IMG/VR virus record: IMGVR_UViG_3300027805_000002 | Reading direction: 5' to 3' (one strand) | Length of the DNA: 60,176 nucleotides | From: a virus | In this document: positions 49,621 to 57,162 of the stretch, piece by piece | Position numbering within the stretch: the first letter of the stretch is position 1 | How the letters are laid out: every line of letters starts with the position of its first letter | The notes under the pieces: model-generated | The model's database searches: none | Told to the model about the DNA's origin: nothing | Seen by the model: only the letters and a program-made list of their open reading frames with translations | Program-made: the position numbers and the translations under genes

Positions 49621-50071
49621 TGCCCACCCCTTTCTGCTCGTACAGGATGGCAAACGCGCTATAGACGACCGCACCCAGAAGCTCCCGCTCGTAGGCGCCG
49701 CGGTCATAGGCGGCCTTGGCGCGCATGCGAGCCGCCTCCATGATCTTCTTGGTGGCTTGCCCGGTCAGGAAGCCGGGGCCGCTGGCTCGGCTGATGCTGA
49801 CCCATGGCTGATCGAACAAGGGGATCGTGCCACCATGGCGGTCGCGCCCCTTGCCTATCGCGGCCTGAAGGTAGGCCGCCCACAGGACGTCAGCCAGCGG
49901 CTCAAAGCTCGGGTGGATGCTGGGGTTCCGGTTGGCCTCCTGCTTCATGGTCTTCTTGGGGGCGGCCACAACCTTGGGCTTGGTCTTGGAGCCCGGGGGG
50001 CGCCCGCGGCGCTTGGCTGGGGTGGCCGCTGTGGCGGCGGGGGCGTGGGCTTCAGAAGGGGATGTCATCTT
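49610..50071 (-). CDS. DUF5664-like putative dNTP pyrophosphohydrolase with an AT-hook-like basic N-terminus
   Basis: An N-terminal KRRGRPPGSKTKPK and the pattern KGRDRHGG...FDQPW...GFLTGQATKKIMEA. The ATG at 50071 follows a GGAG SD. Confidence 0.4.
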   Translation of the reverse strand, partial: KMTSPSEAHAPAATAATPAKRRGRPPGSKTKPKVVAAPKKTMKQEANRNPSIHPSFEPLADVLWAAYLQAAIGKGRDRHGGTIPLFDQPWVSISRASGPGFLTGQATKKIMEAARMRAKAAYDRGAYERELLGAVVYSAFAILYEQKGVGNAD

Positions 50072-50672
50072 CCATCTCCTCAATGGACTGTTGGGGGGCG
50101 GCGGCCGGCTTCCTCTGCGAGAGGGCCTTGAACTCGGGTGATTTGGCGATGGTCTCTTTCAGGCCGTCGCTCAGGCTGTCGAACACCTCAGCATCAAAGT
50201 CCGAAAGCGAGAACAAGACGCTCTGGTTGCTCGGCGGTGGGGCCTTCATGGAGGGCGGAAGCGGCATCACTGAGGTGACGTTCGCGTAGGTCTTGCCGCC
50301 GCTGTCTGCGTGGACGATGTTCAACAGGCAGGCCTTGTTGAGCACGTTCTTCAGGTCGAACGCCCCAAGCTCCTGATCGGTAAACCTGCGGCCGCGCCAA
50401 CTTTCGAGATCGCGCCTAAGCAGGCCCTTCTCGCCGAGGCTGGCGGTGTAGCGGGACTGCACAAGAAAGGGCTTGCCGGCCTTCTCGCCATCCTCGATGA
50501 GGGCCTCGGTCTCGAACCCCACGATGATCTTGTGAGCGTTCTTTTGCTGCCCCTTCCACGTAGTGGTCTGGGTTCCAAGGTCGATGATGCGAACGCATCT
50601 CGCTGCGTAAACCCCAGTTGGGTGCGGCGCAAAGTCTTTACCTCCGCCTTTCGCGGAAACTGTCAATGCCAT
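50052..50672 (-). CDS. single-stranded DNA-binding protein, DUF669-type
   Basis: The acidic SSB-like C-terminal tail reads EEMEDDIPF. The N-terminal pattern GVYAARCVRIIDLGTQ is also present. Confidence 0.6.
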   Translation of the reverse strand: MALTVSAKGGGKDFAPHPTGVYAARCVRIIDLGTQTTTWKGQQKNAHKIIVGFETEALIEDGEKAGKPFLVQSRYTASLGEKGLLRRDLESWRGRRFTDQELGAFDLKNVLNKACLLNIVHADSGGKTYANVTSVMPLPPSMKAPPPSNQSVLFSLSDFDAEVFDSLSDGLKETIAKSPEFKALSQRKPAAAPQQSIEEMEDDIPF

Positions 50673-50694
50673 GGATCACTCCCGTTTGTTGAAC

Positions 50695-50883
50695 TCAGCG
50701 CAAGAGAAAGCGCTGGACCCAGTACTGATCTGACGGGATGCGCGCCAAAGGAGGCGCGTAGGCGCAGCCTATGCGGACCTTGGGGTACTTGATGCCGGCT
50801 TTGATCAAGGCCTCTTTCGCGGCTTGAAGCCTCGCCTGATAAAGCGGGGACTCGTAGACGCTAGGAGAATTGAGTGCTTGCAT
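50695..50883 (-). CDS. hypothetical protein, first gene of the early-left operon
   Basis: Track ORF. Confidence 0.4.
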   Translation of the reverse strand: MQALNSPSVYESPLYQARLQAAKEALIKAGIKYPKVRIGCAYAPPLARIPSDQYWVQRFLLR

Positions 50884-51022
50884 GCGCAGACGTCAGAACA
50901 ATACGTCGACGGATCCTACCGAAGCAAGCTGATAAAAGTCAATACGTCTTCAAGCAAATTTTCTATAGCTTTCCCTGTGCGGGAAAACGCTGTCAGGAAA
51001 AGATGTCAGGCAATACCGGTGT
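50884..51022. promoter_or_regulatory. Early-left control region with three CAATAC(G/C) motif copies
   Basis: Motif copies lie at 50898-50905, 50939-50946 and 51010-51017, between the repressor stop and the first early-left gene. Confidence 0.4.
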
Positions 51023-51691
51023 TCAAAGACGCACAAATTTCGCCACAACGACGATGCGGCCCACCACCTTGAGGGCCTTCATCGCTGCCGGCGACATGAC
51101 CACCGGAGCTTCGGAGCCGGCCGACACAGTTGTCTCGCCGGCAGCGCTGCGCGCCACTCGGCGCAGCATCGGGGAGCCGCCGCCGCGGATCACAAGGTAT
51201 ACGCCGTCGCCTGAAATGGCCTTCACAGCTGTGTCGACAATCACGGTGTCGCCGTCCGATAACTCGGGGGCCATGTCGTTGGTATCGATGGCTGCTGCGA
51301 TCAAGTTTTCGACAGCTGTGACGCGCCTGAAGAGCCCAGAGGCCTGCTTGGTTGAGACTGAAAGGCCAGACAACTGCTCGCATGCCCTTAGAGCGCCGCT
51401 CAAGGTTTCGTGTACCGGAGGCGCCTCGATTGTGGTCAGCATTTCCACAGTTGAGCCGTCGTGCGGCGTGTCTAGCCACCGTGCAGGCAGCCCCAGCTGC
51501 TGCTCAATTTTGCGAGCCAATATCTCGCCGAGGTTGCGCTTGTGGGCGTCGTTGCTGGACAGGATTAGGTTGATGTGGTTCGGGTGGGTGCCAGTGGCGC
51601 GGGAAAGCGCCGCCTTGTTGCCTTTGAAGCGGTCCAGCATCACCCGCTCTAAGTTCTGCTTCCGTACGGCAAACACAAGCTCTTTGTCCAT
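51023..51691 (-). CDS. cI: CI-like repressor (HTH plus S24 LexA-like C-terminal domain, catalytic dyad apparently substituted)
   Basis: An N-terminal HTH (KAALSRATGTHPNHINLIL). The C-terminal part reads NDMAPELSDGDTVIVD...GVYLVI...MLRRV...VVGRIVVV. Confidence 0.75.
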   Translation of the reverse strand: MDKELVFAVRKQNLERVMLDRFKGNKAALSRATGTHPNHINLILSSNDAHKRNLGEILARKIEQQLGLPARWLDTPHDGSTVEMLTTIEAPPVHETLSGALRACEQLSGLSVSTKQASGLFRRVTAVENLIAAAIDTNDMAPELSDGDTVIVDTAVKAISGDGVYLVIRGGGSPMLRRVARSAAGETTVSAGSEAPVVMSPAAMKALKVVGRIVVVAKFVRL

Positions 51692-51891
51692 TTCTGTCTC
51701 CTAGAATCAATACGCAAGAGTACTGTACAGCGACGGCTTGCCGGTTGCGAATGAGCGGTAAGCAGTACCTGTAAGTATTAGAACAGGTTAGGCGATGTAG
51801 CGTGTTAGCGTTACAAAGCAATACGCACAGGGATTGCAAGCATCCTTCAAAGTTCCTAGAATCCTGCGCTTCATCAACTTTGGAGGCTGCA
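51692..51891. promoter_or_regulatory. Divergent cI / cro-like control region
   Basis: A 9-bp direct repeat CCTAGAATC lies at 51700-51708 and 51855-51863. CAATACG copies lie at 51707 and 51818. AGTAC..TGTA-like elements are also present. Confidence 0.5.
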
Positions 51892-52197
51892 ATGTCCTTC
51901 TATGAAAGGTTCTTCAAGATGAGCGTGCCGGAGCGACAGCGCGTCGCCGACGCCAGTAGGCTGTCCCTCCCGTACATCCTGAAGCAGGTCTACATGAAGG
52001 GGCGCAACCCAGTCTTCCGCTTCCACAACGCCGTAGCTCTGGACCGGGCGTCGAAGGGCGAACTGCCGTTCTACATGTTTTCGGAGTGCTCCAAGGACGT
52101 CGATTGGGAGTACGTGGCTAAGCGACTGAGACAAGCCCGCCGCAAGGGCGCACTGAAGCCACAAGCGGCCAAGGAGACGACCAATGCAGGAGCTTGA
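51892..52197 (+). CDS. Cro/YdaS-like HTH regulator
   Basis: ATG after a GGAGG SD, divergent from cI. The HTH-like segment is QRVADASRLSLPYILKQV. Confidence 0.45.
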   Translation: MSFYERFFKMSVPERQRVADASRLSLPYILKQVYMKGRNPVFRFHNAVALDRASKGELPFYMFSECSKDVDWEYVAKRLRQARRKGALKPQAAKETTNAGA

Positions 52198-52696
52198 GCA
52201 GATCAGAACTCTGCTTAGGCAGGCCGTGCAAGAGGCTAAGCCCATGTGGTCGACGGGGGATGGTCGCGGCACCTTCCTTGTTGAGGAGATGAAGCGGGCG
52301 CTTCGTGAGGCCGGCCTTACCAAGGTGCGCGGCGTCAGCGGCAAGGCGGTCACCCGGTTCGACGAGTTCTGGGAGGTCTACCCCAAGAAGGTCGACAAGG
52401 CCGGCTGCCTGCGCAAGTGGAGCGCACACGGGCTGGACGTTCTGGCCGACCGCATCCTCGCTCATGTGCGGGCCAAGGCTGGCAGCCGGGACTGGGTCAA
52501 GGAGGAGGGGCGGTACATCCCGATGCCGGCCACCTACCTGAATCAGAGGCGCTGGGAGGGTGATCCAGCCGGCACGCTGCTGGACGACCGCTGGGCCAGC
52601 GAGGCCGGGTTCTCTGACCGCTACGAGGCCGAGAACGCAGGCTGCTTCCCGCACAACGCGGCCCAGTTCAGACACGGGGTACGCGTGACGGCATGA
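52184..52696 (+). CDS. hypothetical replication-module protein
   Basis: GGAG SD. The motif FDEFWEVYPKKVDKAGCLRKW...YLNQRRWE is common upstream of phage primases and helicases. Confidence 0.45.
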   Translation: MQELEQIRTLLRQAVQEAKPMWSTGDGRGTFLVEEMKRALREAGLTKVRGVSGKAVTRFDEFWEVYPKKVDKAGCLRKWSAHGLDVLADRILAHVRAKAGSRDWVKEEGRYIPMPATYLNQRRWEGDPAGTLLDDRWASEAGFSDRYEAENAGCFPHNAAQFRHGVRVTA

Positions 52697-54498
52697 ACGC
52701 ATCTGAGCTTTCACGGCTGATGTCGGACAACGCGGCGCAGGTCGCGCACCACCTCTTCCCCAATGGTCGCAAGGCATCCGGGGAGTGGAGGGTGGGGGGC
52801 TTGCACGGCGCAGAGGGTAGCTCTCTGTCCGTACGCATAGGCGGCGCCAAGAAGGGCGTCTGGTGCGACTTCGCCACCGGGGAGAAGGGTGACCTGATCG
52901 ACCTGTGGGCGGCAGTGCGCGGCCAGAGCTTGGCTGAGGCCATGTCCGACATCAAGCAGTACTTCAACGTCCGGGACGAGGTCAACAGGCCGCCGCCAAA
53001 GAAGTTCACCCCGCCAGACCGGTCCTTGTTCAAGAGGGCCAGCACAGCTGTCATCGATTGGCTTCGGGGCCGGGGCATCACCGAGGAGACCGTCGCCGCC
53101 TTCAAGGTGGCCCAGACGGTGAGGGAGGACAAGACCTACGCCGTGTTCCCATACCTAAAGGACGGCGCCCTCATCAACACCAAGGCCCGCAACATCTCTG
53201 ACAAGCGCGACATGCGCCAGTCGGCCGGAGCGCAGCCGTGCCTGTTCGGGTGGCACCTCGTCTCCGAGAAGGCTCGCACAGTTGTGATCTGTGAAGGCGA
53301 GATCGACGCCATGACGCTGTGGCAGGTCGGGATCCCGGCGCTGTCGGTCAATGCGGGGGCCGGCAACCATCAATGGATCGAGTCGGACTGGGATCGGCTG
53401 GAGGTCTTCAGCACGATCTACCTCTGCTACGACAACGACGATGCCGGTCGCAAAGGGGCCGCGGAGGTCGCGCAGAGGCTGGGCAACGACCGATGCAGGC
53501 TGGTGGTATTGGGGGCCAAGGATGCGAACGAGTGGCTGCTGCAAGGCGCCAAGGCAGAACAGTTCGTCGCAGCTGTGTCGGCGGCCAAGACCATGGACCC
53601 GGAGGAGCTTCGCTCGATCTCGGACTTCATGGGCGACGTCAAGAGCCTCTTCTACCCTGACCATAGCCAGCACTCATCACTGCCTTTGCTCAGGCTAGGC
53701 TCGTTGCAGTGCGACTGGTTCGAGTTCCGCCCCGGTGAGTTGACCGTGTGGACCGGGTTCAACGGTCACGGCAAGAGCTTGATGCTCAATCAGGTCCTGC
53801 TCGGGCTGATCGAGCAGGGCGACAAGGTTTGCGTGTTCAGCGGCGAGATGGTGCCAGCGTACCAAGGCAAGCGTCTCGTGAAGCAGGCAGCCGGGCTGGA
53901 CCGTCCGACCCCCGACTACATCGACGCCATCGGTGGGTGGGTGCAGGACAAGATGTGGCTGTTCAACGTCACGGGCTCAGCCAGCATCAGCAGGCTCACC
54001 GAGGTGTTTGGCTACGGCGCGAAGAGGTATGGCATCACGCACTTCGTCGTCGACAGCCTGATGATGACCGACGTCCCTGAGGATGGGCCGAGCGCCTTCA
54101 GCAAGCAGAAGGAGGCGATCCAGAGCCTGAGCTCGTTTGCTAAGGCGAACCGTGCCCACGTCCACCTAGTGGCCCACCCGCGCAAGGCGAGGGATGAGGG
54201 CGACATGCCGGGGAAGATGGACGTCGCCGGCTCATCCAAGATCACTGACGGGGCGGACAACGTGTTCACCGTCTGGTCGGCTCGGCGCGAGGCCGACGAC
54301 CCAGACCAAGACAAGCCGGATGCCTGCCTTGAATTGCACAAGCAGCGCAACGGCGACATCCAGCACAAGAAGCAGTGGCTGTGGTTCGACAAGGGATCGA
54401 TGCAGTACACGCCGGACAAGAGGCGCCGCCCTCACTGCTATGTACGTTTCAGCATCGAGAACATTAGGACTACGTATGACGACATCCTTCCCGACTGA
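52693..54498 (+). CDS. bifunctional primase-helicase (Toprim plus DnaB/gp4-like helicase)
   Basis: The Toprim motif is VVICEGEIDAMTLWQ, Walker A is GFNGHGKSL and Walker B is HFVVDSLMM. Confidence 0.8.
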   Translation: MNASELSRLMSDNAAQVAHHLFPNGRKASGEWRVGGLHGAEGSSLSVRIGGAKKGVWCDFATGEKGDLIDLWAAVRGQSLAEAMSDIKQYFNVRDEVNRPPPKKFTPPDRSLFKRASTAVIDWLRGRGITEETVAAFKVAQTVREDKTYAVFPYLKDGALINTKARNISDKRDMRQSAGAQPCLFGWHLVSEKARTVVICEGEIDAMTLWQVGIPALSVNAGAGNHQWIESDWDRLEVFSTIYLCYDNDDAGRKGAAEVAQRLGNDRCRLVVLGAKDANEWLLQGAKAEQFVAAVSAAKTMDPEELRSISDFMGDVKSLFYPDHSQHSSLPLLRLGSLQCDWFEFRPGELTVWTGFNGHGKSLMLNQVLLGLIEQGDKVCVFSGEMVPAYQGKRLVKQAAGLDRPTPDYIDAIGGWVQDKMWLFNVTGSASISRLTEVFGYGAKRYGITHFVVDSLMMTDVPEDGPSAFSKQKEAIQSLSSFAKANRAHVHLVAHPRKARDEGDMPGKMDVAGSSKITDGADNVFTVWSARREADDPDQDKPDACLELHKQRNGDIQHKKQWLWFDKGSMQYTPDKRRRPHCYVRFSIENIRTTYDDILPD

Positions 54499-54769
54499 CC
54501 CAGAGGATCGCAAAGCCTTGGTGCGCCGCATGAACGAACTGGCGCCCGATCTTATGGCCGACATCAATACGTTGAGGAAGACATTCCCACACGCAAAGGT
54601 GACGTACTTCAAGGCTGGCGATCTTGAGGTCGGCATCGAGCCGCCTGAGATGAAGACGCCGGCCCACGTCCCGCCGCCAAAGGCACAAGTGGACGACCCG
54701 GTGAAGACCGAGTTGGCGTTTAGGAAGAAGCTCCAAGACGAGCGCGCCAGAGCAAAGAGGAGGCGCTGA
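54476..54769 (+). CDS. hypothetical protein
   Basis: An internal ATG of track ORF 54194..54769 (MTTSFPTDPEDRKAL...). It overlaps the helicase end. Confidence 0.45.
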   Translation: MTTSFPTDPEDRKALVRRMNELAPDLMADINTLRKTFPHAKVTYFKAGDLEVGIEPPEMKTPAHVPPPKAQVDDPVKTELAFRKKLQDERARAKRRR

Positions 54770-54936
54770 TGTTTCTCAATCCCAAACCCATCCCGCCCGA
54801 GCGCAAGGGGGCCTGCTGCCAGTGCGGCAAGCCTGCCGTGCAGTTGCTGCCAAGCGTCCTCGCCGGGAGGCTGAAGTGGATTGCCAGATGCGAGGGGTGT
54901 ACGCACCCAAGCCAAACCAAGAAAGGAAAAGCATGA
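54769..54936 (+). CDS. small Cys4 zinc-ribbon-like ORF (55 aa), below the track cut-off
   Basis: My translation is MFLNPKPIPPERKGACCQCGKPAVQLLPSVLAGRLKWIARCEGCTHPSQTKKGKA. ATGA overlaps occur at both ends. Confidence 0.4.
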   Translation: MFLNPKPIPPERKGACCQCGKPAVQLLPSVLAGRLKWIARCEGCTHPSQTKKGKA

Positions 54937-55394
54937 GCGAGACGACAGACAAGATGGTGGCCTATCAGGGGGAGGTGATGCTCCTCGGCTGGGCCGAGAC
55001 CAACAGCCGTGGCAGGACTGTGACCTTCCAGCTGGGCGAGGAGGGCGATGCCCACCCATTCAGGGAGCACAAGGTGCGCAGCGGCAAGATCGCTGGCCAG
55101 AGGTACATGATGGTCCTCGTCGAGATCGGCGAAGACGAGCAGCCGGTGGTGAAGACGCCGGCACAGCTGGCCTACCTGCTGTGCAAGGACCCGCAGTTCT
55201 GGCACTTTGCGAACGAGCGCAGCTTCATCGACGTCGACAGCGAAGACGCGGCGCGCAGCTACATCCTTGAGGCCTGCGGCGTCGATAGCCGGTCGAGGCT
55301 GGATACCAACATCACGGCCCGAGCCCACTGGGAGGCCCTGATTTGGCAGCCGTTCCAGAAGTACCGGGACTCGATCAGCCGGGGCTTTCTGTGA
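54933..55394 (+). CDS. hypothetical protein
   Basis: An internal ATG of track ORF 54822..55394 (MSETTDKMVAYQ...). Confidence 0.5.
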   Translation: MSETTDKMVAYQGEVMLLGWAETNSRGRTVTFQLGEEGDAHPFREHKVRSGKIAGQRYMMVLVEIGEDEQPVVKTPAQLAYLLCKDPQFWHFANERSFIDVDSEDAARSYILEACGVDSRSRLDTNITARAHWEALIWQPFQKYRDSISRGFL

Positions 55395-55600
55395 TGAGCA
55401 AGGTCACGATCACGTTCGACATGCCTGAGGAGGCTGACTCATGTCAGATGGCGCTTAGGGGAGGACAGCTGTTCTCGGCGCTGTGCAGCATCGACAACCT
55501 TGCCCGCAATGTTCTCAAGCATGGTGACGGAGGCGGTAAGCACGATGCGCTGATCGAGATCCGTGAGTTGGTCGCTGAGGCCTTGGAGGGACTGAGGTGA
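55394..55600 (+). CDS. hypothetical protein
   Basis: ATG overlapping the preceding TGA (MSKVTITFDMPEE...). Confidence 0.45.
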   Translation: MSKVTITFDMPEEADSCQMALRGGQLFSALCSIDNLARNVLKHGDGGGKHDALIEIRELVAEALEGLR

Positions 55601-55911
55601 CGTACCGAAACCCAGCCATCCTCAAGGGGGCGAGAGGGCAGCCGTGCCAGTTCTGTGGGCGAGACGACGGCACAGTTGTGGCCGCTCACAGCAACAGCCA
55701 GAGGCACAACAAGGGCATGGGGCACAAGGCTCACGATGTCTTTGTGGCCTACCTGTGCCACAGCTGTCACAGCTTTGTGGATCAGGGCTCAGCTGCCCGC
55801 GACATCAGGGAGTCGGTCTGGATGGCTGCGCACGTGAAGACGGTGCCGTTGTTCTGGGGGCTGCTCGACGAAGAGGGTCGACAGCTGTTGATCGATGGGG
55901 GTAGCCGATGA
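55597..55911 (+). CDS. DUF1364/YbcO-like putative nuclease
   Basis: The pattern is GQPCQFCGRDDGTVVAAHSN...GMGHKAHDVFVAYLCHSCH. Confidence 0.5.
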   Translation: MTYRNPAILKGARGQPCQFCGRDDGTVVAAHSNSQRHNKGMGHKAHDVFVAYLCHSCHSFVDQGSAARDIRESVWMAAHVKTVPLFWGLLDEEGRQLLIDGGSR

Positions 55912-56249
55912 AGAACTTCGCTCTTGGTCGGCTCAAGTCCGGCGTAATGAACAAGACCGAGGCAGCCTACGCCGACTACCTAGAACAACAGCTGTCGGCT
56001 GGACAGTTGTTGTGGTGGAAGTTCGAGGCGCTGAAGCTCAGGTTGGCCGCCAACACGTTCTACACCCCGGACTTCCTCGTGATGAAGAAGAACAGGGAGA
56101 TACAGCTGTGCGAGGTCAAGGGCTACTGGATGGACGACGCGAGAGTGAAGATCAAGGTCGCATCCGAGATGTACCCGTTCTTCCAGTTCACAGCTGTAAA
56201 GGTCCGCGCCAAGAAGCACGGGGGAGGGTGGGAGGAGGAGGAGTTCTAG
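55908..56249 (+). CDS. DUF1064-like PD-(D/E)XK endonuclease (resolvase-like)
   Basis: The motif is YTPDFLV...LCEVKGYW. Confidence 0.5.
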   Translation: MKNFALGRLKSGVMNKTEAAYADYLEQQLSAGQLLWWKFEALKLRLAANTFYTPDFLVMKKNREIQLCEVKGYWMDDARVKIKVASEMYPFFQFTAVKVRAKKHGGGWEEEEF

Positions 56250-56635
56250 CCTGCGGCCTGCTTTAGCGCCAAGGTGACGCAGTACAAGGCAAGCTCCTCG
56301 AACATCCCCTCCAGCCTGATCTGCCGGCCCAAGTAATTCGGGGTTGCCGGATAGCCGAATCCCTTCGGCAGAAAGCCGGGCTCGGCGGCGTGCTCGGAGA
56401 GCTTGGCAGCCAGATCTTGTAGCGTTGGCGCACGCAGCACCCAGCACTTGTCGCGCTCGGTGGGCCACTCGCTGAGAAACCTGCACTCTGCGATGTGGCC
56501 GCCTGCGGCCTCCCTGTAGATCGCACAGATGAAGCCGCGCTTATCGCCGAGCAGGTGCTCGCGGCAGTGGCCAATCTGTTCTGCGTCGACGGTGAAGGGC
56601 AGGCCGCCAGTGGCCTGCAAGGTGACAGCTGTCAT
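56246..56635 (-). CDS. hypothetical protein
   Basis: ATG at 56635 overlapping the upstream stop (ATGA). It converges on the + block. Confidence 0.45.
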   Translation of the reverse strand: MTAVTLQATGGLPFTVDAEQIGHCREHLLGDKRGFICAIYREAAGGHIAECRFLSEWPTERDKCWVLRAPTLQDLAAKLSEHAAEPGFLPKGFGYPATPNYLGRQIRLEGMFEELALYCVTLALKQAAG

Positions 56636-56823
56636 AGGATTGAGGCGAAGATGATCGCATAAATCATCACCACCACAACCCAGAACACCCGCTCGATTTT
56701 GCGGTCGGCCTCCTCCTCCGGCATCTCGCAGGCCTGAGGCGTCGGGCATCTTTTGCGCCCCTGATGACAGCTGTCTTGGCAGCCTATGAAGGTGGGGTAG
56801 GTGTCCTTGAAGTCTTCGTTCAC
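56632..56823 (-). CDS. hypothetical Cys-rich tail-anchored membrane protein
   Basis: GTG at 56823 after a GGAGG SD. The C-terminal TM segment is VFWVVVVMIYAIIFASIL. Confidence 0.4.
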   Translation of the reverse strand: MNEDFKDTYPTFIGCQDSCHQGRKRCPTPQACEMPEEEADRKIERVFWVVVVMIYAIIFASIL

Positions 56824-56836
56824 AGCAAGGCCTCCG

Positions 56837-57061
56837 CTATGTCTTTTGGCGCACGGGTGGAACGCTTGACCGGGTTGAGGTAAGTGCGCCCGTCTTGGCC
56901 TTGGTAGTAGAGGAACGGCCAGTCGCCGCGTCGACGTACTCCATCGTGGCGAATCGGTGAAGGTTCGCACACTCGTACCGCCGACGCTTTACGTGTGGCG
57001 TTCCGGCCGGGGTTCTCGTGTCCAGCACGATCGTCCACGCTTTGCATTGCGGGCACTTCAT
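56837..57061 (-). CDS. NrdR-like zinc-ribbon protein without an ATP-cone
   Basis: MKCPQCKAWTIVLDTR....KRRRYECANLHRFATME parallels the NrdR N-terminus MHCPFC...DSR...RRRRQCLVCNERFTTFE. Confidence 0.5.
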   Translation of the reverse strand: MKCPQCKAWTIVLDTRTPAGTPHVKRRRYECANLHRFATMEYVDAATGRSSTTKAKTGALTSTRSSVPPVRQKT

Positions 57062-57162
57062 CGGTGTCTTTCATCGGGGCATCCTGCAAAGTAGCACAAG
57101 ACAGCGCGTACGTATTGTTTGCGGGCGCAGCTGTCTTGTGGTTAGGGGGTAACCCCGATCTC

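Noticed and set aside
47640-50071. Z-genome (2-aminoadenine) pathway, suggested by the MazG-like and dNTP pyrophosphohydrolase-like genes
   Set aside because: No PurZ-like (adenylosuccinate-synthetase-like) ORF or HD-domain DatZ-like ORF is present anywhere in the window.
50874-51704. 276-aa plus ORF opposite the repressor gene
   Set aside because: It is antisense to a gene with a clear HTH plus S24 architecture, and its own composition is Ser/Arg/Ala/Thr-rich without motifs.
52118-55328. Long minus ORFs inside the early-right block (52118..52777, 52668..53132, 53155..53673, 54232..55059, 54720..55328)
   Set aside because: They are shadows of the plus-strand genes (primase-helicase and others), which carry Toprim and Walker motifs and coupled starts.
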